Assembly: GCA_963663495.1 (NCBI GenBank)
Contig: OY760427.1
Coordinates: 273,130-337,129, forward strand
Reading direction: 5' to 3'
DNA length: 64,000 bases
Origin: Rhodothermales bacterium
GTDB taxonomy: Bacteria; Bacteroidota; Rhodothermia; Rhodothermales; Bin80
Shown piece after piece: positions 31,285-41,600 of this stretch. A program made the position numbers and the translations under genes. Every line of letters starts with the position of its first letter. Position 1 is the first letter of the stretch. The notes beneath the pieces were generated by a model, which did no database searches, was not told the DNA's origin, and was given only the letters and a program-made list of their open reading frames with translations.

Positions 31285-32222
31285 CTGGCTTGCCTTGCGC
31301 GATCTGCTACCAGCTCCGCCAATTGCCCGGTGAACAGGGGATCAGCATTCAGCGATGGCGGGCGCTCCAGGCGCATACCGTATCGTTCGGCTACGGCACG
31401 CGCCTCAATATCTATGTCGTACAGGACCTCCACATGGTCCGACACAAAACCTACCGGGATGCTAAGAATGTTGCGTATCCCCTTTTCTGCGAGCGTAACC
31501 AGATAATCTTCCAGTTGCGGTCCCAGCCACGGCTCGTGGCTTCGTCCTGCAGACTGGTAGCTCCAGGACCACTGTTGCTCTGCCAAGCCAGCCGCGGCGG
31601 CTACCAGCCGGGCCGTCTCTCTAAGCTGGCTGTCGTATGGATCTCCAATCTTCATGATGCGCACGGGCAGGCTATGAGCACTGAATATGACATGAACACG
31701 GTGGCGCTCCGCTGCGTCCCATCTCCGCATACCGGCCGAAACCCGCGCAGCTAACGCCTGGATGAGCCCGGGCGCGTCGTGGTAACTGTCAATGTGCTCA
31801 AAATCTATCTTCCCGCGGTAGAGCCGCAGTCCAGCAGCGATTTTTTTCTGGTACTTTGCAATACTTAACGCGCTGTAATGCGGGGCGAAGACAATGCTTA
31901 CCGCACGTTGTACCCCGTCCGCAATCATCCCGCCAACGGCTTCTTCGATCCATGGGGCCCAGTGGCGCATTCCAATGTACCCCCGAAATCGCTCCGCAAT
32001 ACTCCCACGATTCAGCTCTGCTATCACAGCATGCGCGGCCTCCTCGGTTAAATGCAGTAGGGGGGAAGAGCCGCCAATGCGTCGATAGTTGCGGCTGATT
32101 TCCTCCAGAAGATCCTTGGATGTCGGTCTTCCAGAACGGATATCCGCGAGATAGCCGCCAATCTCATCCAGTGAGGCGGGCCCACCGTAAGCCATGAACA
32201 ATACGCCTGTGGGATGGAGCAT
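31272..32222 (-). CDS. hemH: Ferrochelatase (likely coproporphyrin ferrochelatase CpfC)
   Basis: MAYGGP, YRRIGGSSPL, FSAHSLP, YQSAG..PWLGP and GFVSDHVEVLYDID. Confidence 0.96.
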   Translation of the reverse strand: MLHPTGVLFMAYGGPASLDEIGGYLADIRSGRPTSKDLLEEISRNYRRIGGSSPLLHLTEEAAHAVIAELNRGSIAERFRGYIGMRHWAPWIEEAVGGMIADGVQRAVSIVFAPHYSALSIAKYQKKIAAGLRLYRGKIDFEHIDSYHDAPGLIQALAARVSAGMRRWDAAERHRVHVIFSAHSLPVRIMKIGDPYDSQLRETARLVAAAAGLAEQQWSWSYQSAGRSHEPWLGPQLEDYLVTLAEKGIRNILSIPVGFVSDHVEVLYDIDIEARAVAERYGMRLERPPSLNADPLFTGQLAELVADRARQARWLA

Positions 32223-32226
32223 GGCC

Positions 32227-33258
32227 TTAGTCCTGACGTCCTACCGAATGCACATATTCCACCATTCTGCTTACGGCATCTATCGGCGTTTCGGGGAGGA
32301 TACCATGCCCGAGATTAAAGATATGGTCTTCGGGCGCGCGCCGGAGAACATCATCAATGCGTGGTCTCAGCTCCCTCCACGGTCCGAATAGTGCGGCCGG
32401 ATCCAGGTTTCCCATCACAGGACGACCTGCCACCCTTGCCGCCGCATCCAGTGGCACGCGCCAGTCCACCCCTATTACGTCTCCTCCAGCTGCCGCTATA
32501 GCATCCAGATAGCCGCTAGTCCCTGTCGAAAAATTAATAACAGGAACACTGAGTGCCTGGAGGCGCTCAAACAACCGGCGGCTGTACGGCTGCACGAACA
32601 GTTGGTAATCCATCTTTGATAGCGCGCCGACCCATGAGTCAAATACTTGCACGCAGTTCACGCCCGCCGCTACCTGCGACTCAAGTAGATCCGCTGCCAC
32701 CGTCACCAGTTTGGTCATCAGGCGATCCCACGCGGCGGGCTCGTTGTACATCAAGGTTTTGGTCTTGGAGTACGTCTTGGACGCGCCCCCTTCAATACCG
32801 TAGCTTGCGAGCGTAAAGGGTGCACCCGCAAAGCCGATAAGCGGCACCTTGAGCTCCGGCTGCACCAGACGAATAGCGGCCAGCGTAGCAGCCATGCTCT
32901 CCGCAGCGGGCGGTACGCGCAGAGTATCAATGTCATAGGTAGAGGCTATGGAACGACGAAGCACGGGGCCACGTCCTGGCACGAACTCCAGATCCAGTCC
33001 CATCCCAATGAGCGGCGGCAGGATATCGGAGAAGATTATTGCCGCATCAAGGTCAAACCGTTCAAGAGGCTGCAAGGTGATTGTGGCGGCCACCTCGGGA
33101 TGTGTCAGGGCCTCCATCATGGTGTACTTGCGGCGCAATGCCCTATACTCCGGCAGATAACGGCCCGCCTGCCGCATGATCCACACCGGGGTAGTGTCAA
33201 CCGCTTCCCCCCGACAAGCCTTGAGGAACCTGTGCTTCACGGCATTGCGGACTGCCAC
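32227..33258 (-). CDS. hemE: Uroporphyrinogen decarboxylase
   Basis: PVWIMRQAGRYLPEY, DAAIIFSDIL, LIGFAGAPFTLASY and HIFNLGHGI. Confidence 0.97.
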   Translation of the reverse strand: MAVRNAVKHRFLKACRGEAVDTTPVWIMRQAGRYLPEYRALRRKYTMMEALTHPEVAATITLQPLERFDLDAAIIFSDILPPLIGMGLDLEFVPGRGPVLRRSIASTYDIDTLRVPPAAESMAATLAAIRLVQPELKVPLIGFAGAPFTLASYGIEGGASKTYSKTKTLMYNEPAAWDRLMTKLVTVAADLLESQVAAGVNCVQVFDSWVGALSKMDYQLFVQPYSRRLFERLQALSVPVINFSTGTSGYLDAIAAAGGDVIGVDWRVPLDAAARVAGRPVMGNLDPAALFGPWRELRPRIDDVLRRAPEDHIFNLGHGILPETPIDAVSRMVEYVHSVGRQD

Positions 33259-33971
33259 AATGCTTTACCGATAAAGAAGGGCCCCATCTGACCCAAGTAC
33301 TGTGCCGTTTGCCGCGTCTTGCGCATCCGCTCAATGGTAGCACTTAGCGGATGCAATTCCCTTCCGAGAAGACCAACCACAAAGTCATTGTCATTGCGAT
33401 CCAATCCAAAACATGCGAGCCGGACATCATGCGCATGATCGGCCCTCCCGTATGCCTGTCCAATACCCCCGTGCTCCATCAACACTTTTCGGCGCTCGGT
33501 GTTACTTAAGAACTCAAACTCGCCCGTGCGGCGCAGTGGATACCAGATCGCCCAAGACCAGTCAGGATTGCAGACATGGCGATGGGGCCGTGCGATCAGC
33601 ACCTCTTCCAAATCATTTTCATAGCCAATGCTGTAAGTGCGCCCAAACATGGTGTACGCCCGTCGGGGACTGTACCCGTTGAACGGATGCTGCTGCAGTA
33701 ATGCTCTCAGCTCCGTGACGAAGTAGTCTGCGCTCTGGTTCAAAACTACGATTCCGATGCCGTTCGGATCGTTCAGGTCGGCATACAGCGCACCTTCTAT
33801 CCCAGCTTCGGCCAATGCCTGCGCGGCAGCGCGTGCATCCTGGCACCCGGTATATACTAGCACCTGAATGAATAGGCGCGCATCCAGCGTGATCGCCTGT
33901 CCACCCTCGGAGCGTCCATGCTCGCTAAGGTCAATCCCTGCGGGCCTCCTTTCCTGAATATCCAGCGCCAT
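33237..33971 (-). CDS. hemQ: Chlorite dismutase-family protein, probable coproheme decarboxylase (HemQ/ChdC)
   Basis: WYPLRR, LMEHGGIG, CFGLDRNDNDFVVGL, MRKTRQT and GPFFIG. Start reassigned to ATG 33971, just downstream of the hemB stop. Operon context supports the call. Confidence 0.8.
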   Translation of the reverse strand: MALDIQERRPAGIDLSEHGRSEGGQAITLDARLFIQVLVYTGCQDARAAAQALAEAGIEGALYADLNDPNGIGIVVLNQSADYFVTELRALLQQHPFNGYSPRRAYTMFGRTYSIGYENDLEEVLIARPHRHVCNPDWSWAIWYPLRRTGEFEFLSNTERRKVLMEHGGIGQAYGRADHAHDVRLACFGLDRNDNDFVVGLLGRELHPLSATIERMRKTRQTAQYLGQMGPFFIGKALWQSAMP

Positions 33972-33979
33972 TTTGCCAG

Positions 33980-34978
33980 TCAGCCTCCGCTGTCCTTTAG
34001 CCACTGTGCGACATCCGGCGCATGGTAGGTTATGATGAGATCTGCTCCTGCGCGGCGGATTCCTGTAAGAATTTCTTGTACCGCCGCCTTTTCTTCCCAC
34101 ACTCCTGCTGCAGCCGCTGCCTTAACCATGGCGTATTCACCGCTCACATTGTAGGCCGCCAGTGGTAGCCCAGGACATGCCTGCTTTACCCGACGGATCA
34201 CGTCAAGGTAAGGCAGTGCAGGTTTTACCATGAGAAAATCGGCTCCTTCCGCCGCATCCAAGGCCGCTTCGCGTTCTGCCTCGCTGCCGTTGGTCGGATC
34301 CATTTGGTACGTCTTGCGATCTCCGCGCTTTGGAGCACCATCGGCCGCATCCCTGAACGGGCCGTAGAATGCCGACGCAAACTTGACACTGTACGACATG
34401 ATGCTCGTACGCGCGTGCCCTGCATCGTCAAGCGCATGCCGGATTGCCAAGACCATCCCGTCCAGCATGCCACTTGGAGCGACTATGTCCGCCCCCGCGT
34501 CTGCGTGCGACCGGGCAATGCGGCCTAGGATCGGCAGGGTAGCATCATTGCGTACGTAGTCCGATGTATGGGAAAGCAACCCGCAGTGGCCGTGATCAGT
34601 GTAGGAGCAGAGGCAAACATCGGTTATAACAACGAGGGATGGCAATTCCTTCTTGATTGCGCGCACCGAGCTCTGCACGGCCCCTTCCGCGAAACTCGCC
34701 TGCACACCTTTCGGATCCTTTGTTCTCGGTATGCCGAACAGCAGCACGGCGGGTATGCCCAGCTCGTATGCACGCGCTGCCTCCCGCACCGCATCCTCAG
34801 TTCCGAGTCGTGCAATTCCCGGCAGGGAGGCAATGGCCTCCCTGCCGGGAGCATTCTTTGTGACGAACAGGGGGTAGATCAGATCGGCGGCCAAGACCCG
34901 CGTTTCACGCACCATGCTACGTATTCCTAGCGACGCACGCCGCCGACGCATTCGGATCAGCAAATGGGTGTTAGACAT
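33980..34978 (-). CDS. hemB: Porphobilinogen synthase (delta-aminolevulinate dehydratase)
   Basis: DVCLCSYTDHGHCG, APSGMLDG, FYGPFRDA, MVKPAL and AYNVSGEYAMVK. Confidence 0.97.
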   Translation of the reverse strand: MSNTHLLIRMRRRRASLGIRSMVRETRVLAADLIYPLFVTKNAPGREAIASLPGIARLGTEDAVREAARAYELGIPAVLLFGIPRTKDPKGVQASFAEGAVQSSVRAIKKELPSLVVITDVCLCSYTDHGHCGLLSHTSDYVRNDATLPILGRIARSHADAGADIVAPSGMLDGMVLAIRHALDDAGHARTSIMSYSVKFASAFYGPFRDAADGAPKRGDRKTYQMDPTNGSEAEREAALDAAEGADFLMVKPALPYLDVIRRVKQACPGLPLAAYNVSGEYAMVKAAAAAGVWEEKAAVQEILTGIRRAGADLIITYHAPDVAQWLKDSGG

Positions 34979-35720
34979 CAGGAATAGTCGCTCTAAAATA
35001 ATCTGTCACAGCATCCATAAGCCCCGGGGCCGTATACCGCTGAGCTACGGAGGCTACATCGAATCCCAAGCTCTGTGCAGCTTTTGCGGTTACGGGCCCA
35101 ATACAAATCACGGGACCCAGATATTGCGTACGCACCATTGTTGCGAGACTTCTCGCGGACGACGGGCTGCTTAGGGTCACAGCGTCCACTCCCTTTTTCA
35201 GTTCTGAAAAGGCGTTGCTGTCCGGATGATCGTGCACAGTCCGGTAAGCGGCTATCTCTTTTACGATTGCACCTTTCTCACGCAGCATATCTACAAGAAT
35301 CCTCCGCGCGCCTTGTGCGCGCGGCAGGAGTACGCGCTGCCCCGCCTTAATGTCCACCCCATCTGCCAAGCATTCCGCCCGGTATTCATGGGGAACGAAG
35401 CTGACCGGAATCCCCTGCTGTGCGAGTGCGTGCGCGGTAGCAGGCCCGATCGCTGCTGCGCGCGTGTCCGTCGGAAACGGTCCTTCCTGATGTTTGCAGG
35501 CGTGCACCACCCCGTTCACGCTCGTGAAGATAACCCACTGAAATTGCGCCAGACGCGTCATGGACTCGCGTAGGGATTGGTCATCCGGCACCGGCTCAAC
35601 TTGGATTACAGGAAAACGCACCGGCACAGCACCCTCGGCTTCAAGCGCTACGCACAGGCTCTCTGCCTGTGCCCTGGGGCGCGTCACAAGGATGCGCCGG
35701 CCTTGTAGTGGCCTATGCAT
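34971..35720 (-). CDS. hemD: Uroporphyrinogen-III synthase
   Basis: RILVTRP, WVIFTSVNGV, AIGPATA, SSPSS and CIGPVTA. Confidence 0.94.
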   Translation of the reverse strand: MHRPLQGRRILVTRPRAQAESLCVALEAEGAVPVRFPVIQVEPVPDDQSLRESMTRLAQFQWVIFTSVNGVVHACKHQEGPFPTDTRAAAIGPATAHALAQQGIPVSFVPHEYRAECLADGVDIKAGQRVLLPRAQGARRILVDMLREKGAIVKEIAAYRTVHDHPDSNAFSELKKGVDAVTLSSPSSARSLATMVRTQYLGPVICIGPVTAKAAQSLGFDVASVAQRYTAPGLMDAVTDYFRATIPDV

Positions 35721-36630
35721 TCTCTATAAGATCTCCAGCGCCACGCGCCACCGATTCTTCTGCCAGTCGTCGCCCCAGATCAATCGGATTTCTTCCGGTG
35801 TCTGTTACCCGTATCATCTGCGTTCCTTCAACATCGCAAACCAAGCCTTGAAGCTCTATACTCCCACCCGCAAAAGCGGTACCCAATGCGGCCATAGGGG
35901 CTGCGCATCCGCCACCCAATGCGCGCATAAATGACCGTTCCGCCATGACCTCTGCACATGTAGCAGCGCAATTGATTGGCGACAACAGCTTACGCATACG
36001 GTGATCGTCCACCCGACACTGTATCGCCAGAGCTCCTTGCCCGGGAGCGGGCAGCATCACGTTCGAAGGCAGGGCTGCCGCTCCAGCGTGCTTGACACCT
36101 AGTCGCTCCAAGCCCGCTGCGGCAAGGACCACTGCATCCACCTCGCCCCGCTCCATCATCGAGATGCGGGTACCTACGTTTCCCCGTACCGGCTGGATCA
36201 CCAGATCCCTGCGTGCATGCTTGAGCTGCGCAGCGCGGCGCGGGCTAGATGTACCGACAGCAGCGCCTGCCGGCAGCGCATCTAATGCCGACGCCTTATG
36301 CCCAATAAGCACATCGCCTGCGCTGGTGCGCTTATGTACTGCACCGATCATGAGGCCGGGAGAAGAGTCTGTTGGCAAATCCTTGAGGGAATGCACGGCG
36401 AGATCAATCTCTCCACCAAGTAATGCATCTTCCAATGCCGCTGTGAACAGCCCTTTGCCGCCCGGTGGCGGCACCAGTGCGCCCAGCGTCCTGTCACCTA
36501 GCGTGTTAAAGCGTGTTAGTACTATGTCCAGGCGACCCCACGCAGCCTGCAGTGCATCGCGGATGAGTTGCGTCTGCTTTACTGCCAGGGGGGAACGCCG
36601 TGTGCCGGCCCGCACATCAGGTTTACGCAC
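35713..36630 (-). CDS. hemC: Hydroxymethylbilane synthase (porphobilinogen deaminase)
   Basis: GTRRSPLA, GKGLFT, AVHSLKDLP, VGTSSPRR, RGNVGTR, LPAPGQGALA and GGC. Confidence 0.97.
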   Translation of the reverse strand: MRKPDVRAGTRRSPLAVKQTQLIRDALQAAWGRLDIVLTRFNTLGDRTLGALVPPPGGKGLFTAALEDALLGGEIDLAVHSLKDLPTDSSPGLMIGAVHKRTSAGDVLIGHKASALDALPAGAAVGTSSPRRAAQLKHARRDLVIQPVRGNVGTRISMMERGEVDAVVLAAAGLERLGVKHAGAAALPSNVMLPAPGQGALAIQCRVDDHRMRKLLSPINCAATCAEVMAERSFMRALGGGCAAPMAALGTAFAGGSIELQGLVCDVEGTQMIRVTDTGRNPIDLGRRLAEESVARGAGDLIENA

Positions 36631-36639
36631 GTACAGCGC

Positions 36640-37887
36640 CTACAACCCGAACAGGAACCGTACTACCGCCGTGTCGCCATCTGCTTCCGCTTCTGCTGCG
36701 CGTTCCCGCAAATGCCGTGTCGGGTCGTGCAGCAGCTTGTTTACGAGGGAGCGGGAGAACACACTGATTTGCTCGCGCGCTTTCGGGTTCAGGGCGTCTA
36801 GGTCGCCAAATGTTCGCTGAAGTTCTTCCTGACGGATTGCCTCCGCCTTACGGCGCAGGCCTACAATGACTGGTTCCACCACCTGCTGTCGCCTGCCGAT
36901 GGTGAATTGTTCGAGTTCCTCTTGGAGGATAGTCTCTACGGCCGGGATTGCGCGTCGGCGCATTTCTAGAGATGAGTCTACTGTTTCATGCATACGATCA
37001 ATATCAAACAGTCGCACGCCGGGCATTTCGTCCACTACGGGGTTTACGTCTCGTGGCACGGCCAGGTCTATCAACGTTAAGGGCTTGCTGCGCTCGCGCA
37101 AGTATTCGGGCTCAATTATCGTGTGCGGGGCGCGGGTGGCACAGATTACCACATCTGTTTCTGAAAGCATGCGGGGCAGCGCGTGCACATCCACACCCAC
37201 TGCCGTATACCCGCAGCGCCGCGCCAGCGCCGCGCCGCGTTCTTCCGTACGATTGATGACCGTAGCATGCTGCACTCCCCTGGAGCGTAGCAGCTTGGCG
37301 ACCAACCCGGCCATGTCACCTGCTCCAAAGACTGTTACATGCTGCTCTGCGAGCGGGCCGCTCTCCCGAGCTGCCATATCAACGGCTACGGAGGCAATAC
37401 TTACCGGATTACGACTGAGGCCTGTTTCAGAGCGCGCCCGCTTGCCCGCTTTCACAGCGGCTTGGAATAATGCCTTTAGCGGGCGGCTTGCCATATTGGA
37501 ACGCTCGGCTTGGCGGAGCGCCTCCCCCACCTGCCCCAGAATTTGGGGTTCGCCCAGCACCATCGAATCCAATCCTGCTGCTACGCGAAACAGGTGTCGC
37601 GCCACATCCATGTCTTCAGCGCGCATCAAGTAGTCCAAGAATGTATTGCCTGTTACCGAGCGCAGCAGGTCTTCAAGCATACCCGTTGGCTGCGTCGGCG
37701 CGCTGGAGTAGAGCTCAATGCGGTTGCATGTTGAAAGCATCACACACCCTTCTAGGGCTCCATTACGCGGTTGCCGCGCAGCCGCTGCTCGCATGCGGGG
37801 CAGCGCTTCTGCAAGCAACTCACGGACCTCAACGGGTGCCGACAAATAGCTTAATCCTACACAACCTAGGCGCGCGGGCTCAGGCAT
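36640..37887 (-). CDS. hemA: Glutamyl-tRNA reductase
   Basis: LSTCNRIELY, HLFRVAAGLDSMVLGEPQILGQV, GAGDM, DLAVPRD and KLLHDP. Confidence 0.97.
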   Translation of the reverse strand: MPEPARLGCVGLSYLSAPVEVRELLAEALPRMRAAAARQPRNGALEGCVMLSTCNRIELYSSAPTQPTGMLEDLLRSVTGNTFLDYLMRAEDMDVARHLFRVAAGLDSMVLGEPQILGQVGEALRQAERSNMASRPLKALFQAAVKAGKRARSETGLSRNPVSIASVAVDMAARESGPLAEQHVTVFGAGDMAGLVAKLLRSRGVQHATVINRTEERGAALARRCGYTAVGVDVHALPRMLSETDVVICATRAPHTIIEPEYLRERSKPLTLIDLAVPRDVNPVVDEMPGVRLFDIDRMHETVDSSLEMRRRAIPAVETILQEELEQFTIGRRQQVVEPVIVGLRRKAEAIRQEELQRTFGDLDALNPKAREQISVFSRSLVNKLLHDPTRHLRERAAEAEADGDTAVVRFLFGL

Positions 37888-38012
37888 TCCGGCTCAGATT
37901 CAATGGGACATGCAATAAAGCAATAACGGCTGACACATTCTTATGCAGTCGCGAAAATTAGGGAATTCTGCAAGAACGAGACCGAGTGATTGTTAAATAT
38001 TAGATGTATTCG

Positions 38013-38145
38013 CCTTCAATATTCATGTCGTCGCCTGTTTCGGCCTAAAAGCGCTGTTTCGGTACCTGCAGGATCGATTGTGCGTTGTTCATGCGTAGGA
38101 ACAACTAGGAGATGGGCTGGAAACACCAGTTTAGGCCCTTTCCCC
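38013..38145 (-). mobile_element. IS1380 right-end remnant
   Basis: Reverse complement of ~24155-24285 (CCTTCAATATTCATGTCG..CACCAGTTTAGGCCCTTT). It is cut by the IS66 end at 38146. Confidence 0.8.
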
Positions 38146-38624
38146 GTAGGCCTGCGGTGAACTACATCTTGATTAGGTGAAGGGTTCTGGGGAACTTACC
38201 CGTAGACGTGAGAACCCAGATCGCATGGTACAGCCCAAACGTACGGCGGAAGAGATGTTTCCGCTGGCAGAGCGGTATAACGAAAGGACCCAGTCCGCAG
38301 CGGCGTTTTGTGCAGAGCATGGCATCTCATACGGACAGTTGAATTACTGGAGGCGGAAGTATCGCCAGGAGACTCCAGCCGAGGACAGCCAAGGCTTCGT
38401 GGAGGTAGGCAACACAGCGCCAGCGGCGCGGGTAGAGATCGCGTATCCGCACGAGAGGATGGCATTATTCACCTCAAGTCAAACACCATACCTGCCAGGC
38501 CGAAATTCCCGAGATATTCCGACAGCCATGCCAGCGAAAGTTGACCAGAACTGACGCAAGATTGAACCGCTATGATGATTTATGGGCAAAGGGCAGCGCT
38601 AGGCATTGCTCATCCGACGCTCAC
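38146..38624 (+). mobile_element. IS66-derived miniature element (left end, tnpA, internal deletion, right end)
   Basis: GTAGGCCTGCGGTGAACTACATC start, tnpA MVQPKRTAEEMF.., deletion junction GCGTATCCGCACGAGAGG, and end GCTCATCCGACGCTCAC. Confidence 0.78.
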
Positions 38625-38625
38625 C

Positions 38626-41600
38626 TTATCGTGGCATGTACTCGTTCCAAGCGTCAGAGTCCGGGATACCATTACTGATGAGTACGCGTTGATCAGCGCT
38701 TCCGGCATTCTTGCTAATTGCATTCATTGCGGATATCGTGCCACCATCTGAAGGAGCGTAGTTGTCAATGAAGCCCGTAATCTGTCCTGACGTTTCGTCA
38801 ATCACGATTGCCATAGGAGTATCGTGTTCCCCGTCAAGTGTGAATGATCCGCTTGGCCCCGACAGCGTAACCGATACCAGCAAGTCATCCCACTCGGACT
38901 GAGCTGGTACAGCGAAAGCGAAGGAGGAACTACCATCGCCGTCAGCCACCACCGGCATGGAAAAATTCAGGGAAAAGAGCTCGTTGCCATTCTCTGCATG
39001 CCCGGCAAGCTTCCAAGGTCCTGGAGCCTGCGGCAATGAGCGCGCCTCGTCAATTACAAAGATCGGATTCAGGTATGGCTTCAAGGCAGAGTCCATGCCT
39101 CCCCAAAGAAGAAGAGAGGTTTTCGATGACATTGATACCAATGGCTTTTCCCCGCTAATGGGGTCCGCACTGGACGTCCGACGATCAAAGACCTTGTTGT
39201 AGTTGTAATCACTAATCCATTTGTAAGAACAGTATGTCATCAAGTCATGAGACCCTCTCGGGTCTACCATATAATTTGGCGTGCTAAAATTGTATCCCCA
39301 ATTCCCGATGAGGCCCCCGTTATATGGATAATATGGATCCAGCCATGCGGAGGCGCCGCATGGTGCATGGAGAAGGCCGAAATTGTGGCCAAATTCGTGA
39401 GCCATTACCGTAGTACCAGGAGATGCCATTGAAGCATATCCACCTAGTTCCCCAAGGCCGCCAGCGCCTTCAGGCTCGGTAAGTATCCCCATCCAATGGC
39501 CTGTGCCACTTGCCGCTGCTCGCATTGCTTTAACGCGGCCATAAACGTACAATGCATCCTTGGTATCAATAGTCACAGGATTTAGGACGGTCACTGTTAT
39601 ATCCTTTATAGGAAACAAATATCTCGTAGCGAAAAGGCCTATATGGCCGTAAGGATCGGCAGCAATAGCTTCAGGTATGCTAACCGCATACATATCAGGG
39701 TCCCCTATGGTTAAGAATGGGACATACGTTATATCGAAAGATGGCACCGTAACAACATTTACAGATTGCCGTCCCGTTTCTGGAATCCGCTTGGCCACCC
39801 CCAATGAGGTCGGTACCGTGTCGTCTGGATCTACTTCAATGACTATTTCAAGTCCCGGCTGAACGACACTTGCCGGAACCACGGCATTCAGGGAAAGCGG
39901 AAGCCCCTGTTCCCACACTCGGTTTGGGATAAAGCGAGTCCTTTGGGGGATCTGAATCGTGTGCGCCAACTGATTATTCAAGTAGAACTTCGCAATGGCC
40001 CTTGGTAGCCGTACAGACGAGGACAAAGGCCCATTTATCGTAGGCAACACTCGTAAAAGCGCCTTTTCTCCCGCGACGAGTGGGGTTGGGTTCGTGAAGG
40101 ACTGGACCGCCTGAAACATAATGGCGATATTTCCCTCGGGTGGACACTTGGCCAACTCTGAGACAGTTAATCCTTTTTCCCACCTCAATAACGATGATGT
40201 GGCTGCCGGCAAACACACACTTGTTCCGGTTGCCTGAAAATGGGTCAACTTGGTGAGACGTACGAAGCTGGCAGGTATTTCGCCGGTCAACCCCGAATTA
40301 TTTGTAACTGAGAACTTAACCAAGTTCGAAAGGCTGCCAAGCTCCGAGGGAAGCTCCCCGGTTAGTTTATTGCCGTTTAGGTTCAGTTCACTCAGACTAC
40401 TTAGGCTGCCAAGCTCCGAGGGAATTGGCCCCGTCAAGTCATTCCCTGCCAACATCATTGTCTCTATACTTGTCAGGTCACCCAGATCTTTAGGAAGGTT
40501 GCCGGAAAGAGACGCACTATCGATACTAAGGCTCTCTAAGTCACCCAGCGTGCCCAATTCCTCCGGAATCGGGCCCTGTAAGGTGTTGTCATCAAGGTTC
40601 AAATCGGTCAGAAGTGCTAAGTCCGCTATTTCCGCCGGCAGCGCGCCATCCAAACCATTACCGCTCAGATCCAACGCTGTTACCTGCCCGTCAGCATTGG
40701 CAGTAACACCATACCATTCGTCAATCGGTGCATCGGTCAGCCACTTGCCTTTATTCGTCCAATCTGCTCCGCTCAAGGCGCTGTACAGGCTTTCCAAGGC
40801 GGGACGATCAGAGTTATCGGGGCACTCAACCCCTGTTCCACTGTGCGTCGTCAAGGCCGCCAGCCAATCTGCTACAGCCTGCACGCTCGGTACGCACAGC
40901 CCGGTCCCGACATAACTGAAGTCGTCCAAAGCATCCAGACTTGTCAGGGCTTCCGGGATAGCGCCCGTCAGACCAGCGTTCGTGCTCAGGTCCAACTCAA
41001 CCAAGCTGGCAAAATTACCCACGCTTGCCGGTAACTCCCCTGCGAGACTATTACCGCTCAGATCCAACGCTGTTACCTGCCCGTCAGCATTGGCAGTGAC
41101 GCCATACCATTCGTTAATCGGTGCATCGGTCAGCCACTTGCCCCTGTTCGTCCAACTGGCTCCGCTCAAAGCGCTGTACAGGCTTTCCAAGGCGGGGCGA
41201 TCAGAGTTATCGGGGCACTCAACCCCTGTTCCACTGTGCGTCGTCAAGGCCGCCAGCCAATCTGCTACGGCCTGCACGCTCGGTACGCACAGCCCGGTCC
41301 CGACATAACTGAAGTCGTCCAAAGCATCCAGACTTGTCAGGGCTTCCGGGATAGCGCCCGTCAGACCAGCGTTCGTGCTCAGGTCCAACGCAACCAAGTT
41401 GGCCAAATTACCCATGCTTACCGGTAACTCCCCTGCGAGGCCGTTATCGGACAGCTCAATCGCTCTCACACGGCCCAGCCCATCGGTCGTGATGCCAAAC
41501 CAAGTGGCAACCACTGCAGTCTGGCCCCAGTTTCCCCGGTCCGTCCAGCCAGCGCCTCCAACGGCGGCGTAGAATGCCTCCAAAACCTCGCGGTCGTCCT

